A DNA stretch of 64,000 nt from NCBI GenBank assembly GCA_963663275.1, contig OY760183.1:96001-160000 (forward strand). The letters run 5' to 3'. Shown here piece by piece: positions 27,055 to 36,997 of this stretch (positions within the stretch are counted from its first letter, which is position 1; every line of letters begins with the position of its first letter). This stretch comes from Chloroflexota bacterium. GTDB taxonomy: Bacteria; Chloroflexota; UBA11872; VXOZ01. The position numbers and the translations under genes were made by a program. The notes beneath the pieces were generated by a model, which saw only the letters and a list, made by a program, of their open reading frames with translations, ran no database searches and was not told the origin of the DNA.

Positions 27055-28029
27055 TTAGTTCTCCTGCCGCCGTTCCCAGTTGAACTCGGTCTCGCTCATC
27101 GGCTTGTCCGGGTCCGGCTGCCAGATTTGCTCCTCGTGGAACTTGCCGAGCACTTTCGCCATCTCCCGCACGTGGATGGCCACCGTGCCGCAGCAGGCGC
27201 CGATGAAGTTCACGCCCATCGCCTTCGCCTTCAGCGCGTAATCCGCCATCTCGTAGCGGGTCATCTGCGTCGGCTCCAGCTTATCGGGAAAGGCCGGTGT
27301 GCCCGTGAACCACGGCGTTTCATCGCTGGTGCGGTGCGCCACCGGTTGCGCGGCGATGTAGGCGTCGGTAGCGTCGCGCATCTCGTGCAGCAGCGGGTAG
27401 CTGCGCTCCGGATCGCGCATGCAGTTCACGCCCACGATCTCCGCGCCGCCGTCGGCCAGCATCCGCGCGCAGTCGGCGGCGGTGTAGCCGTCGTCGGTCA
27501 CGACCTCACCCCGGAACGACATGGTAATCATGGCGGGCAGGCCCGACTTGGCCTTGACGCGCTCCAGGCAGAGCAGCGCCTCGCCCAGGTGCCAGAACGT
27601 CTCGCCAATGAAGAAGTCCACGCCCTCCTGCGCCTCGATCTGCTCGTCGAAGATGCCGGCAATCTCGGCGTTGCCGGAGGGGTTGTCCGCGTCCCACTTC
27701 CAGGTCGCGCTCAGGTCGCCGGCCACCAGGGCCCGGTCGCCGGCCACGTCTTTGGCGATCTGGGTGGTCTTCTGGTTGATTTCGAACGTGCGGTCGGCCT
27801 GGCCGACGGTTTCCAGCTTGCTGCGGCTGCCGTAGAACGCCATCACCTGCAGCACTTCCGAGCCGGAGCGGAGAAACTCGCGGTGCAACTCGCGAATGGC
27901 GTCGGGGTATTCCAGCGCCAGTTCCGGCGTAAACGCGCCGGCAATCACGTAGCCGCGTTTCTCCAGTTCGACGATATAGCCGCCGTCACCCAGCACGACG
28001 TCTTTCTCCAACATCTGCAAGATGCCCAT
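27055..28029 (-). CDS. Homocysteine S-methyltransferase family, betaine-homocysteine methyltransferase-like
   Basis: GDGG..ELEKRGYV.AG.FTPE and LHREFLRSGS resemble BHMT; GVNC and GACCG Zn ligands. Confidence 0.85.
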   Translation of the reverse strand: MGILQMLEKDVVLGDGGYIVELEKRGYVIAGAFTPELALEYPDAIRELHREFLRSGSEVLQVMAFYGSRSKLETVGQADRTFEINQKTTQIAKDVAGDRALVAGDLSATWKWDADNPSGNAEIAGIFDEQIEAQEGVDFFIGETFWHLGEALLCLERVKAKSGLPAMITMSFRGEVVTDDGYTAADCARMLADGGAEIVGVNCMRDPERSYPLLHEMRDATDAYIAAQPVAHRTSDETPWFTGTPAFPDKLEPTQMTRYEMADYALKAKAMGVNFIGACCGTVAIHVREMAKVLGKFHEEQIWQPDPDKPMSETEFNWERRQEN

Positions 28030-28202
28030 TTTTGGAGGCTCTCCCTTCTAGGTCAATCTACACTCACGCCAAGCAACGAGTTTCGCCGCCGTGCCGCGCC
28101 GCGAACGACGCGAGGCGAGGCGCAATTATAGCCTTCTTTGCATGTAGCTCCTTTCAACCATCCCCTAGAAGAGAGAATCACCAACCACGCCGGGCGCGCA
28201 AC

Positions 28203-29477
28203 CTACGCCACCCGCGCCGGCTCCAGCAACGCGCGCGGTACCGCCTGCATGACCTTGCGCAGGCCCGCGGCCACGTCGTGCGCGTCTCGCTCGGTCCAGT
28301 CCATGCTCACGTGGTACTCGCAGACGCGCGGCAGCAACGCCTCGGCGGCGGGACAGAGGCCCGGCCCGTAGTCCGCCGCGCCGGCGTAGAATCGCGGATC
28401 CCACGGCGACGGGCCGTCGTGCCACGTGCGCTTGCGCAGGATAGCCTCGTGCATGTACACCGGCTGGCCGTTGTAAGGGTGCTTGATGGGCACACCCTCC
28501 GCCGCCAGCGCCTCTTGTGCCCACACGCGGATTTGCGGCGTGTCGAAGATGAGCGCCGGACTGACACCGGCGTCCCCGGCCGCGTCGGCCAGGGGCCGCG
28601 CGCGCACGCCGGGCAGGCCGCGCACGCTCTCCTTAATGATACCGCCTACGCGGCGCGCGTGCGCGCGCAAACGGTCGAGTTTTTTCACTTGTTCCAGCAG
28701 CACCGCCGCCGTGAGTTCGCTCATGCGGTAGTTCTCGCCAAAGAACGGCGGCATTTCCGCGCCCTCGCTGCGGCGGGGAGTGCCCTGGTCCTGGCAAGCG
28801 ACGGCGCGTTGATGCAGCGCGGGGTCGTTGGTTACCACCATGCCGCCCTCACCGGCGGAAATCACCTTGTTCATCTGAAAACTGAAGATGTTTATGTCGC
28901 CTGACCCGCCGACGAGACGGCCATGATACTCCGCCCCAAACGACTGGGCGCAATCCTCCAGAATGGGCACACCGTGACGCCGGCCTACGTCCAGCAGCGG
29001 CTGGAGGTCGGCGGCCGCGCCGCGCCAGTGCACCACCATCACCGCCCGGGTGCGCTCGGTAATCACGCGCTCCACCGCGTCCGCGTCGATGCTGACGGAC
29101 TCGTCCAGATCGGCGAAGATCGGCACGGCCTGGCAGGCGACCACGGCGTTCACGCAGCCGTAGAAGGTCGCCGCCGGCACGATCACCTCGTCGCCGGGCC
29201 CCACGCCGAGCGCGCGCAGCGCCACGATGAGCGCCGCCGTGCCCGAGGTCACCCCCACGGCGTGCTGCACGCCGACGAGCGCGGCCACGGTCCGCTCAAG
29301 TTCGTTTACGGTGTAGGCCGGATCCGGGCCGTAGTAGCGAAAGGGCGAACGCCGCGCCAAGACCGCGCTCACCGCGCGCTGCTCTTCTTCGCCAATGATG
29401 GTGGCGCCCGGATACGGCCCGGGCAGCGGCGCGGCGCGTACCGGCGCGCCGCCGTCAATCGCAAGCTGTCCGCTCAT
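28203..29477 (-). CDS. DegT/DnrJ/EryC1/StrS family PLP aminotransferase
   Basis: SGTAAL, GDEVIVP, EDCAQSFG, FSFQMNK..GEGG, GENYRMSE. Confidence 0.92.
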   Translation of the reverse strand: MSGQLAIDGGAPVRAAPLPGPYPGATIIGEEEQRAVSAVLARRSPFRYYGPDPAYTVNELERTVAALVGVQHAVGVTSGTAALIVALRALGVGPGDEVIVPAATFYGCVNAVVACQAVPIFADLDESVSIDADAVERVITERTRAVMVVHWRGAAADLQPLLDVGRRHGVPILEDCAQSFGAEYHGRLVGGSGDINIFSFQMNKVISAGEGGMVVTNDPALHQRAVACQDQGTPRRSEGAEMPPFFGENYRMSELTAAVLLEQVKKLDRLRAHARRVGGIIKESVRGLPGVRARPLADAAGDAGVSPALIFDTPQIRVWAQEALAAEGVPIKHPYNGQPVYMHEAILRKRTWHDGPSPWDPRFYAGAADYGPGLCPAAEALLPRVCEYHVSMDWTERDAHDVAAGLRKVMQAVPRALLEPARVA

Positions 29478-29540
29478 CGTTCACTCTTCCTTATGCGACC
29501 TCAGCAAGACTCATACAAACTCCCGCATCATGCAAGAAAC

Positions 29541-29800
29541 CTCCCTCTCCCTGGGGAGAGGGAACCGCATACGACCAGTACGGCTCTCTGCCCCTTCTCC
29601 CTGGGGAGAGGGAACCGCATACGACCAGTACGGCTCTCTGCCCCCTCTCCCTGGGGAGAGGGCCGGGGTGAGGGGGACGACCGTCAATCCACCGCTATTC
29701 CTTCCCCCTCACCCTAACCCTCTCCCCCAGGAGAGGGAACTTGGCGCGCTCTTCCACGGCCTTGGCATAGTACATCGTAGCGCGGGGGCTTGTCCCCCGC
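29541..29800. repeat. Family-A hairpins incl. 50-bp tandem duplication, plus a GTAG-REP
   Basis: CTCCCTGGGGAGAGGGAACCGCATACGACCAGTACGGCTCTCTGCCCC repeated; CCCCTCACCCTAACCCTCTCCCCCAGGAGAGGG. Confidence 0.85.
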
Positions 29801-29838
29801 CTCTTCGCGCGACCGGCGCGACACCACCACACGCCTGC

Positions 29839-31338
29839 CTAATTCCCTACCCAAATCGGACTCGACCACGCCGTCTGCCCGTTCTCCTGTGTCACGCGCA
29901 GGTAGTAGTAGTCCTCCGCCCGGTTCTCACTGGGAGCGTCCACGAAATCATAGGACGCGCAGGCCAGTTCATCCGGCACGAGCCGATGTATCAGAAACGA
30001 GTCCGACGGAAAGCCGGTGGTCAGGTCGGTGATGGCGTTCTGCGACGCCTCTTCCAGCGTGTAGGTTTCCGTGCGCCGCATCGGCTTTGTGAACGCCAGC
30101 GTCACCGTCGCCGACGGCGGGCCTTCCACGTCCAGCACCACCGAGTTCTGCGGGCAATCGTTGAGGCACTCGGAAAGCGAGGTATAGGTCTGAAACCTGC
30201 ACGTGGTAGCCGTTGATTCCACAATGCGGCTGCGGTTTTCCTCGTGGAACGGCCCCGGTTGGAAGCAGGGCATGGCCTGATGGATGCGCGCGCCGTCCAC
30301 GGAAACGGTCAGGTCCCACTCGGCGATGCGCGGCTTGCCAAAGGCCGACCACGGACCCCAGCCCACCTCGACGCGGCAGCGGTGCCGGCGCGACCACGCA
30401 TACCCCCCATCCGGCTCGCTATCAGCCGGAAAGTGCCGGTGGATGACGCGGTTGTTCTTGATAACCTCAACTCTGGCAATCTCGTCCCAGCCGCGCACGT
30501 TCACCGCGATGGCGCGCTCGCTGGCGGCGGGCAGCCGCGATCCCATTGGCTGGCCGTTGATACGAAAGTCCAGTTCGATCTTGTCGCCGGTGGCCGCGTA
30601 GCAGCGGCGGTTCCACAGCGCCTCCCAGATCGCCTCTCGCGTAAACTCCGGCACGAGCACCGCCACCTGGCCCTCGTTGTACGCGCCCGGATGGGCTTGG
30701 TGGTCGTCGGAAGAGCCGGTAAAGCCCACGTGGTGACCCAGGGCGAGGGCGTGCTGGATGGTATTGATGGTAACGCGCGGTCCCAGGCCGTGCCGCGTGT
30801 AGGCGAACGGACCGCGGTCCCGCTCCGCGCCGCCGTGCTCGGAAATTATCTCCACGATCGGCGAGACCGATTCATCCAGCCAGTCCCAGTTCGCGCCGCG
30901 AAAGCCGCGCATGTAGCCGGGATGGTGCGGCACCAGCAGCGCGCCGCTGCGCCGGGCGTGCTCCTGGATCTCCCGCACGTGGTTGGCGAACTGCAGCGGG
31001 CCGTCCTCTTTGTAGATGACGCAGTGGTCGCCAAACCCGGCCGAGTGCCACTCGTAGCCCAGGAACGCCTCGAATTGCCCCGGCGTCGTGGCCTCTTTGA
31101 TCAACTGCTTGGTCTTCGGCCAGACTTCCGCATGGCGGTCGAAGCCCTCCTGCCACTGTTCGTGCCGGTTATTGGGCATGGCCGGCATGTCGTGCCACTG
31201 GGCGTGGCCGGTGAAGGCGAAGAAATCCAGGTGGCTCTGCGCCATGTCGATAGCCCGTTCCAGCGTGCCTTTGGTGTAGTGGAACAGGCCCACGGTGTTG
31301 TGGTTGTGAATGTCGCCCCAGAGAACCTTGTAGTCCAT
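29839..31338 (-). CDS. DUF3604/PHP-like metallohydrolase
   Basis: WGDIHNH, LGYEW, VPHH, EIISEHG, GSSDDH..HPG, RRCYAATG, YYLRVTQ..AWSSPIW. Confidence 0.75.
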   Translation of the reverse strand: MDYKVLWGDIHNHNTVGLFHYTKGTLERAIDMAQSHLDFFAFTGHAQWHDMPAMPNNRHEQWQEGFDRHAEVWPKTKQLIKEATTPGQFEAFLGYEWHSAGFGDHCVIYKEDGPLQFANHVREIQEHARRSGALLVPHHPGYMRGFRGANWDWLDESVSPIVEIISEHGGAERDRGPFAYTRHGLGPRVTINTIQHALALGHHVGFTGSSDDHQAHPGAYNEGQVAVLVPEFTREAIWEALWNRRCYAATGDKIELDFRINGQPMGSRLPAASERAIAVNVRGWDEIARVEVIKNNRVIHRHFPADSEPDGGYAWSRRHRCRVEVGWGPWSAFGKPRIAEWDLTVSVDGARIHQAMPCFQPGPFHEENRSRIVESTATTCRFQTYTSLSECLNDCPQNSVVLDVEGPPSATVTLAFTKPMRRTETYTLEEASQNAITDLTTGFPSDSFLIHRLVPDELACASYDFVDAPSENRAEDYYYLRVTQENGQTAWSSPIWVGN

Positions 31339-31348
31339 AGTCGGGTCT

Positions 31349-31840
31349 TTAACCTCTTTCGTTCAGTTTCATCATGTAGAGCACGCTGCGGTAGAGCGGC
31401 TGGAAGCCTTGCCGCTCGTACATGCGGCGGGCGGGTTCGTAGCAGTCGTCCAGCCCGGTAGTAACCTGGGCGAATTCCATGCCCGCCGCCTCTATCAACT
31501 CCAGCACCCGCGCGTGCAGCAGCCCGCCGATACCGCGGCCGCGATACGCCGGCAGCACCGCGTTGTTGCCCACCGTGCCGATGCGGGTCTCTTCATTGAC
31601 GTGAAACGTCGCGAAGCCAACCGGCTTGCCGTCCGCCTCGGCAATAACGACGTTAGCGACGTCAATCGCGCGCACGTCGTCGGCTTTCCACTCATCCCAG
31701 GTACGACCGCCGATGACGCCGTACCGCTCCTCGCGCCAGCGGTGCACGGTCACCTCGGCAAAGCCTTGCACGATGAGTTCGATGAGTTTCTCCCGATCCG
31801 CTTCGAGCGCGGGCCGGATGGTAACGTCTGTCGCGTTCAT
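31349..31840 (-). CDS. GNAT family N-acetyltransferase
   Basis: AVLPAYRGRGIG motif A; ARRMYERQGF. Confidence 0.9.
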   Translation of the reverse strand: MNATDVTIRPALEADREKLIELIVQGFAEVTVHRWREERYGVIGGRTWDEWKADDVRAIDVANVVIAEADGKPVGFATFHVNEETRIGTVGNNAVLPAYRGRGIGGLLHARVLELIEAAGMEFAQVTTGLDDCYEPARRMYERQGFQPLYRSVLYMMKLNERG

Positions 31841-31854
31841 AGGTGTACCGCGCT

Positions 31855-32340
31855 TTACGCAATTCTCTTGAAGCACGTCACACTGCGGCTCAGCGGCTGA
31901 AACCCCTGCCGTTCGTACATGCGGCGGGCGGGCGTGTACGCCTCTTCCAGGCCGGTCGAGACCTGGGCAAACTCCATGCCCGCCTCTGCCATCAGGCCGA
32001 GCACGTGGGCCAGCAGCCGGCCGCCAATGCCCCGGCCGCGAAACGCCGGCAGCACGGCATTGTCGCTCACGGTCCCGATGCGCGTCGCTTCATCCAGTTC
32101 ATAGGTCGCGAAGCCAACCGCTTTGCCCGCCGCTTCGGCGATGACGACCGTGGATAGGTCAAGTGTGCGCATGAGGTCGGCTTCCCACTCACGCCAGGGG
32201 CGTCCGCCAATAACGCCGAGCCGCTCTTCCCGCCAGCGCAGCACGGTCACGTCCGCAAACGCGCGCACGCTGAGTTCGATGAGGGTCTCCCGATCCGCCG
32301 CGGACGCCCTGCGGATTCTGACGTGGGTCTCTCTCTTCAT
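31855..32340 (-). CDS. GNAT family N-acetyltransferase (tandem paralog)
   Basis: AVLPAFRGRGIG; closely similar to 31349..31840. The longer ORF-track start lies inside a repeat. Confidence 0.88.
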   Translation of the reverse strand: MKRETHVRIRRASAADRETLIELSVRAFADVTVLRWREERLGVIGGRPWREWEADLMRTLDLSTVVIAEAAGKAVGFATYELDEATRIGTVSDNAVLPAFRGRGIGGRLLAHVLGLMAEAGMEFAQVSTGLEEAYTPARRMYERQGFQPLSRSVTCFKRIA

Positions 32341-32405
32341 CACGCTGTTCCCTAATCTTACCACGCATGGCAAGGCCCCCTGCGGCAACCGCTTTGCCCC
32401 CGGAT

Positions 32406-32536
32406 GAGACCCGTGCGCAACCTCATCCGGCGCTACCTGAGTCCCCCTCTCCACTGGGGAGAGGGCCGGGGTGAGGGGGAGATGCGGCGCAGTTTCGGCA
32501 GAGTCTCGCCTACGCGGCAGAGCGTTGCATAGGTCT
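32406..32536. mobile_element. Short S1-type element with one family-A hairpin
   Basis: GAGACCCGTGCGCAACC ... GCGTTGCATAGGTCTC; no TSD visible. Confidence 0.6.
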
Positions 32537-32589
32537 CTCGGCTGGAATGCGCATACCCCGCTGGCGGCGGCCCCTGCGCGCGCTCTGAT

Positions 32590-34605
32590 TCACTGGTGCG
32601 GCGCCTTAACCCACACCGGACTCGACCAGGCCGCGTGGCCGTCGCTCTGCGTCACGCGCAGGTAGACGTAGGAGGTCTGTTCTCCCGCCAGTGGGAGCGT
32701 CTCGGCAATCTCAGCGACGCGATCGCCGCCGGGCTGCGTGTGGACAACCCTGCCGTCGCAGACCAGTTCCAGACTGGCAATCGGGGCCGTGCCGAGCACA
32801 CGCGCCGTCACCGCGACCGCCGCCGCGCTTGCCGTGAATTCTTCACCCATGCCGCGGCCGTCCACGCGAAAATCGAGCACGATGCGCGCGCCGGTGGTGG
32901 CGTAGCAGCGGCGTTCTTTGAGCGCCTGGATAATCGCCGCGCGCGTCAGTTCCGGCGCGATAACGGCGGTCAGGCCGCCCGTCTTATGGTCGTGGAAATC
33001 CACGCCGGCCATGGCGCACGTGTTGCGGCCCGGCTGGGCGTGGTGGCTGTCGGTGCCGCCCACGAAGCCGAGGCGGTGTCCCATTGCCAGCGCGTCCTGG
33101 GCCGACGCGCCGCCGCCGCCAATCACGGTCGCGCCGCCGGGTTCGTCGGTCTCGAACGCGCCCCGGTTTTGCGCAATCTCCAAGACGGTCTGATACTCCG
33201 CATTATGCCGTTGCCAGTCCTGCACCCGCCAGTTCTGATACCCGCCTTCAGACGTGACGTTGATGTGATGCGGCACGACCACCGCGCCGGTGCCCGCCAG
33301 TGCCGGCCAGATTTCCTCGATTTTACTGGTGGTCACGCGCTTGCCCTCGTCGGGATAGAGGATGACGCGGTGTCCGGCGGTGGGATCGCTGAGTTCTATA
33401 GCGACAAGCGGCGCGAACGCTCCGGCCTCATAGAAGCCCGCGATGACTTCCTGATACTCCGCCCAATCGTCAGCGCGTGGTACAGACCACAGGGATTCGA
33501 TGTTCTTGGGCGGCGGAAACCACGCCACACCCACACAGTCGAGGCCGGACACGTCGCGGGCGTAGCGGAACGCCTCCGCGTACGTGCCCACGCCGTGCGC
33601 CATGAACGGCCCGTGGGGGCGGTGGCTGGGATCGAGCGCGCCGGGGGCGTGGGTGTGCAGGTCGCCAAAGAAGATGCGGTCGCCGCCGGCCTCCACTACG
33701 TCGATCGGATTGCTGACGCCGGATACACCGGCTTCCCAGGCCGCCGCCGTTACCGTGACCGGCCCGGCCGCGTTCCGGGAGACGATGAATGGCCCCAGCC
33801 GCGCCGCGCCGCCGTCGCTGGCCGTGATGCCGCAGTTTTCAGGCGCGCTGATGCCGCCCGGCCGCGTAGCAAGTGCGATTTCGCCCGCAAAGTCCGTACA
33901 GACGTTACCAAACGCATCCTCGACGCGCACGAGCACGGAGAATTCCTCACCGGCAGTCACCCTGGCGGGCGCAACCACGCCCAACCGCGCCGGTGGCCCG
34001 GCGACGACGTCAACCGTTGGCAAATCCGGCAGGAGCCGGTACCCCTTGGGGTCGCCGCCGGGATAGCGCGGATTGCTGTAACTGGCGTTGCCAAGCGGGT
34101 CCACCAGCACCTGAAAGTGCATCTCGTTCATGGCGACTTCCTGCGCCCGCGCCCGCTCGTAGAAGCCGGGTATAAACGAGCCGGCGTCACCAAGCGTGAC
34201 CGCGATTTCCTCGCCGGCCCGCAGCGCGGCGCCCTCTACCGTGACGAAAACGCAGGGAAACTGCGCGTGGTGGTACTTGAGCGGATAGTCGTTGCGCACG
34301 CGCACGGAAACGCCGCCGCGGCCAGTGGTAGTCGCGGTAACGTGGCCGAGCCGCCAGCGCACGCTGTGGACGCACGGCGGCACGACGGCAATGCCGCCGC
34401 CGGGCGCGATTCCTTGGCTGCCCGCCGTATAGGTAATCGTCCACGTGCCGAACGCGCCCGCCGCGACCGGGCCGGACGGGTCCAGCGCGCAGTGGCCCAG
34501 CTCCGCCCCCAAAGCCGCGCCGCCCGCCGCCGCCGTGACCTGCACGCCGTGGGTAACACCCTGATCCCGCGAACCCGAATGTGCGGACCCGTTGCCGTCG
34601 CTCAT
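32590..34605 (-). CDS. DUF3604 domain-containing protein
   Basis: FFGDLHTH, YARDVSGLD, VPHH, GGTDSH..PG, RRCYATTG, YLRVTQ..AWSSPVW. Confidence 0.8.
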   Translation of the reverse strand: MSDGNGSAHSGSRDQGVTHGVQVTAAAGGAALGAELGHCALDPSGPVAAGAFGTWTITYTAGSQGIAPGGGIAVVPPCVHSVRWRLGHVTATTTGRGGVSVRVRNDYPLKYHHAQFPCVFVTVEGAALRAGEEIAVTLGDAGSFIPGFYERARAQEVAMNEMHFQVLVDPLGNASYSNPRYPGGDPKGYRLLPDLPTVDVVAGPPARLGVVAPARVTAGEEFSVLVRVEDAFGNVCTDFAGEIALATRPGGISAPENCGITASDGGAARLGPFIVSRNAAGPVTVTAAAWEAGVSGVSNPIDVVEAGGDRIFFGDLHTHAPGALDPSHRPHGPFMAHGVGTYAEAFRYARDVSGLDCVGVAWFPPPKNIESLWSVPRADDWAEYQEVIAGFYEAGAFAPLVAIELSDPTAGHRVILYPDEGKRVTTSKIEEIWPALAGTGAVVVPHHINVTSEGGYQNWRVQDWQRHNAEYQTVLEIAQNRGAFETDEPGGATVIGGGGASAQDALAMGHRLGFVGGTDSHHAQPGRNTCAMAGVDFHDHKTGGLTAVIAPELTRAAIIQALKERRCYATTGARIVLDFRVDGRGMGEEFTASAAAVAVTARVLGTAPIASLELVCDGRVVHTQPGGDRVAEIAETLPLAGEQTSYVYLRVTQSDGHAAWSSPVWVKAPHQ

Positions 34606-34621
34606 CGACGTCCTTCCCTCA

Positions 34622-34820
34622 ATCACCCTCGTAGCGCGGGGGTTCATCCCCCGCCTCTTGGCTGATCACCCTCGTAGCGCGGAGGCTCGTCCCCCGCCTC
34701 TTGGTTCAACATCACCGTAGCGCGGGGGCTCGTCCCCCGCCTCTTGGTTCAACATCACCGTAGCGCGGGGGCTCGTCCCCCGCCTCCTCGCCCCGACGCA
34801 GGTTACAAACCTGCGCTACC
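34622..34820. repeat. Tandem GTAG-REP array (~42-bp units x4)
   Basis: ATCACC(CTC)GTAGCGCGG(G/A)GGCTCGTCCCCCGCCTCTTGG repeated, closed by CGCAGGTTACAAACCTGCGCTAC. Confidence 0.85.
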
Positions 34821-34871
34821 GGAAATCCGCAATTGCAAACCTGTTTGCGGCCTCATGCCAACGCGGCGGCG

Positions 34872-35642
34872 TTACACGTCGAACAGGCGCGCCGCGTTCT
34901 CCTTGAACAGCATTCGCTTGACCGAATCCGCAATCCCCGTCTCGGTCTCGATGCTCAGCTTGGCGGATTCATGATAGTGCAGCGGCGAGTTGGAGCCAAA
35001 GAGCAGGTGCTCCGGCCCGATGCTCGCGCAGAGTTTCGCCACGTCGTGGATCGGCCCCTGCACGCGGCTGTTCTCCACGTAGAGGTTAGCGCGCTCGTCC
35101 ACGCTCCGCCAGATGCCGGTCACCTCGCCAAACCGCCCGGCGGTCACCAGAAAGCGCACCTCAGGAAAGGCATTGACCGTCTGCGCGATTTCGCCGGCCG
35201 CCACGTCGGGCACCCGCACCAAGCGGTGGTGATGCCGCACGTCTTCCAGGCCGACGGCGATGAGGACGATCAGGTCATGCTCCCGCGCGATTTCCAGCAA
35301 ACGCAAGCACTCCCGACCCAAAAGCTCGTACTGGTGGTAGTTGGGATGCAGCCGCAGGTTCTTCACGCCCAGTTCGTCTATGCAGATATGCAGGTCTTCG
35401 TCCCAGCCCGGATACGCCGGATTGATGGTGTAAGCCGGAATGAAGCGGGCCGGATGCGCCCGCGCGATGCCGTGCAATTCGCGGTTGCCGACCAGCAGGT
35501 CCTTGAAGAAGACGTTCTCCAGGCGCGAGACTACGGCCCGCTCGATGCCAAGCGCGTCCATCTTGCGCAGCAGGTTCTCCGGCTGGGCATACGGCAACCG
35601 GCGGAAGGGCCACTCGCCCACGTAGGCATTGCTATCGATCAT
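34872..35642 (-). CDS. Amidohydrolase family protein with atypical metal motif
   Basis: MIDSNAYVGEWPF (HxH replaced), LRLHPNYH, LLFGSN.P, NAARLF. Confidence 0.85.
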   Translation of the reverse strand: MIDSNAYVGEWPFRRLPYAQPENLLRKMDALGIERAVVSRLENVFFKDLLVGNRELHGIARAHPARFIPAYTINPAYPGWDEDLHICIDELGVKNLRLHPNYHQYELLGRECLRLLEIAREHDLIVLIAVGLEDVRHHHRLVRVPDVAAGEIAQTVNAFPEVRFLVTAGRFGEVTGIWRSVDERANLYVENSRVQGPIHDVAKLCASIGPEHLLFGSNSPLHYHESAKLSIETETGIADSVKRMLFKENAARLFDV

Positions 35643-35743
35643 GTCGTGCAGTCTCTCGCTTCACGTGCCTTACCCCCTCACCCTAACCCTCTCCCAGGAG
35701 AGAGAACCGGATGCGCCCGGCGCCACTCTCTTCTCTCTCTCCC

Positions 35744-35908
35744 TGGCTGATAGGGGTATGTACTTCAAAATAGACTTTACCTGTCATTCCGAACGGAGCG
35801 GAGCGAAGAGTCGCTAAGAGCGCGGAATCTAAGGCATGGCCCTGCGGGATCAACACTTCTAGATTCCTCGCTCCGCTCGGAATGACATTTATGTACCCTT
35901 GTCAGCCC
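35744..35908. mobile_element. S2 element inserted in a family-A-like hairpin
   Basis: TGGCTGATAGGGGTATGTA ... ATGTACCCTTGTCAGCCC around a family-B hairpin; flanks CTCTCTCCC | AAGAAAGGG. Confidence 0.7.
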
Positions 35909-35919
35909 AAGAAAGGGAA

Positions 35920-36711
35920 CTACCGCCAGGCTCCCTGCCGCGCCGTCTCGCACTCGGCCAGCACGCGGGCCATGTTGCCGTAGAGAATCTTCTCCTTATC
36001 CGCGGTGGAGAGGTCCGCGCCCAGCACCTTGGCAAGCTGGGAGGGAAAGGAGCGCCCGGGCATGTCGGTGCCAAAGATCACGCGCTCCGCGCCGGCGTGA
36101 TCCACGAGAATCTGCACGCCGCCGGCGTTGCACTCGTTGCCGGCGATGTCCAGCAGGACGTTTGGCGTGCTCCGGAAGACTTTCGCGCCGTATTCGTAGT
36201 CGCCGCCGGCGTGGGCGGCGATGATGGTGGCGTCCGGGTGGCGGCGCGCCAGGTCGGCCACCATCTCCGGGGGCGACTCGCCGTAGCCGAGGCCGTCCGC
36301 CTTCAACCACGTATGCTGCAGGGCCGGCGCCCGGTAGCGCGCGCAGATGTCCACCAGCCGGTCCACCCGCGCGTCGTCGCAGGGCAGCGCGTGCCACAGC
36401 TTGAGGCCCACAAAGCCTTGCGTTGTCAAGCGCCGTTCCAGTTCCGCCGCCGCAGCGTCCCCATGATAAGGATTCACGTAGCAGAAGCCGCGCACCCGCG
36501 CCGGGTAGCGTTGCATCAGCGCGTAGGTCTCGTCGTTGCACCGGGCGCAGAACTCCGGCGTGGGAAAGGCGTCGCGCGAGGCGGCCGCCACCGGACGAAT
36601 GGCGTACGTCACCAGCACGGCGTCGAACTGCTCCGCAATCTCGATCTGCTGCGCGAAGTCGTCCAGCGACCTGCCAACGTCGGTATGAACGTGAACGTCG
36701 ATGATGGGCAT
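35920..36711 (-). CDS. Amidohydrolase family protein (Amidohydro_2-like)
   Basis: IIDVHVH, GLKL, LQH, AHAGG, FGTD.P, GNMARVL. Confidence 0.9.
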   Translation of the reverse strand: MPIIDVHVHTDVGRSLDDFAQQIEIAEQFDAVLVTYAIRPVAAASRDAFPTPEFCARCNDETYALMQRYPARVRGFCYVNPYHGDAAAAELERRLTTQGFVGLKLWHALPCDDARVDRLVDICARYRAPALQHTWLKADGLGYGESPPEMVADLARRHPDATIIAAHAGGDYEYGAKVFRSTPNVLLDIAGNECNAGGVQILVDHAGAERVIFGTDMPGRSFPSQLAKVLGADLSTADKEKILYGNMARVLAECETARQGAWR

Positions 36712-36784
36712 TGCCTTGCCATACACTATCAAGAAAGCCTGTATACGATCTTCTTCGAGCATACGTGCAATATACAATAGAGGC

Positions 36785-36948
36785 CGTTCGTGTCGAGCCT
36801 GCCTGGCCTTGGCCTCCTGCCGTTTGCGCTGAGCCTGTCTGGCCTTAGCCTCCTGCCGTTCGTGCTGAGCCTGTCGAAGCATGAGCGGCAGGGGGCGTGT
36901 ACCGCCGTTCCCGCCACGTTCACCCTTCGACAAGCTCAGGGCGAACGT
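36785..36948. repeat. Family-D hairpin pair preceded by two truncated tandem units
   Basis: CCGTTCGTGCTGAGCCTGTCGAAGCATGAGCGG and CGTTCACCCTTCGACAAGCTCAGGGCGAACG. Confidence 0.8.
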
Positions 36949-36997
36949 GGCTCTTTCAAGAAATCACCATCTACAATTGGCGCTCACGCTGAGGCGC

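Noticed and set aside
28030-28200. SAM or glycine riboswitch upstream of the methyltransferase or GcvT-like gene
   Set aside because: No recognisable conserved cores; only a TATAAT-like element at 28125-28130 (minus strand) and REPs.
34622-34790. Regularly spaced repeats here and at 26676-26900 and 59304-59430 as CRISPR arrays
   Set aside because: The units are GTAG-REP hairpins, the intervening sequences are short or repeated rather than unique spacers, and there are no cas genes.
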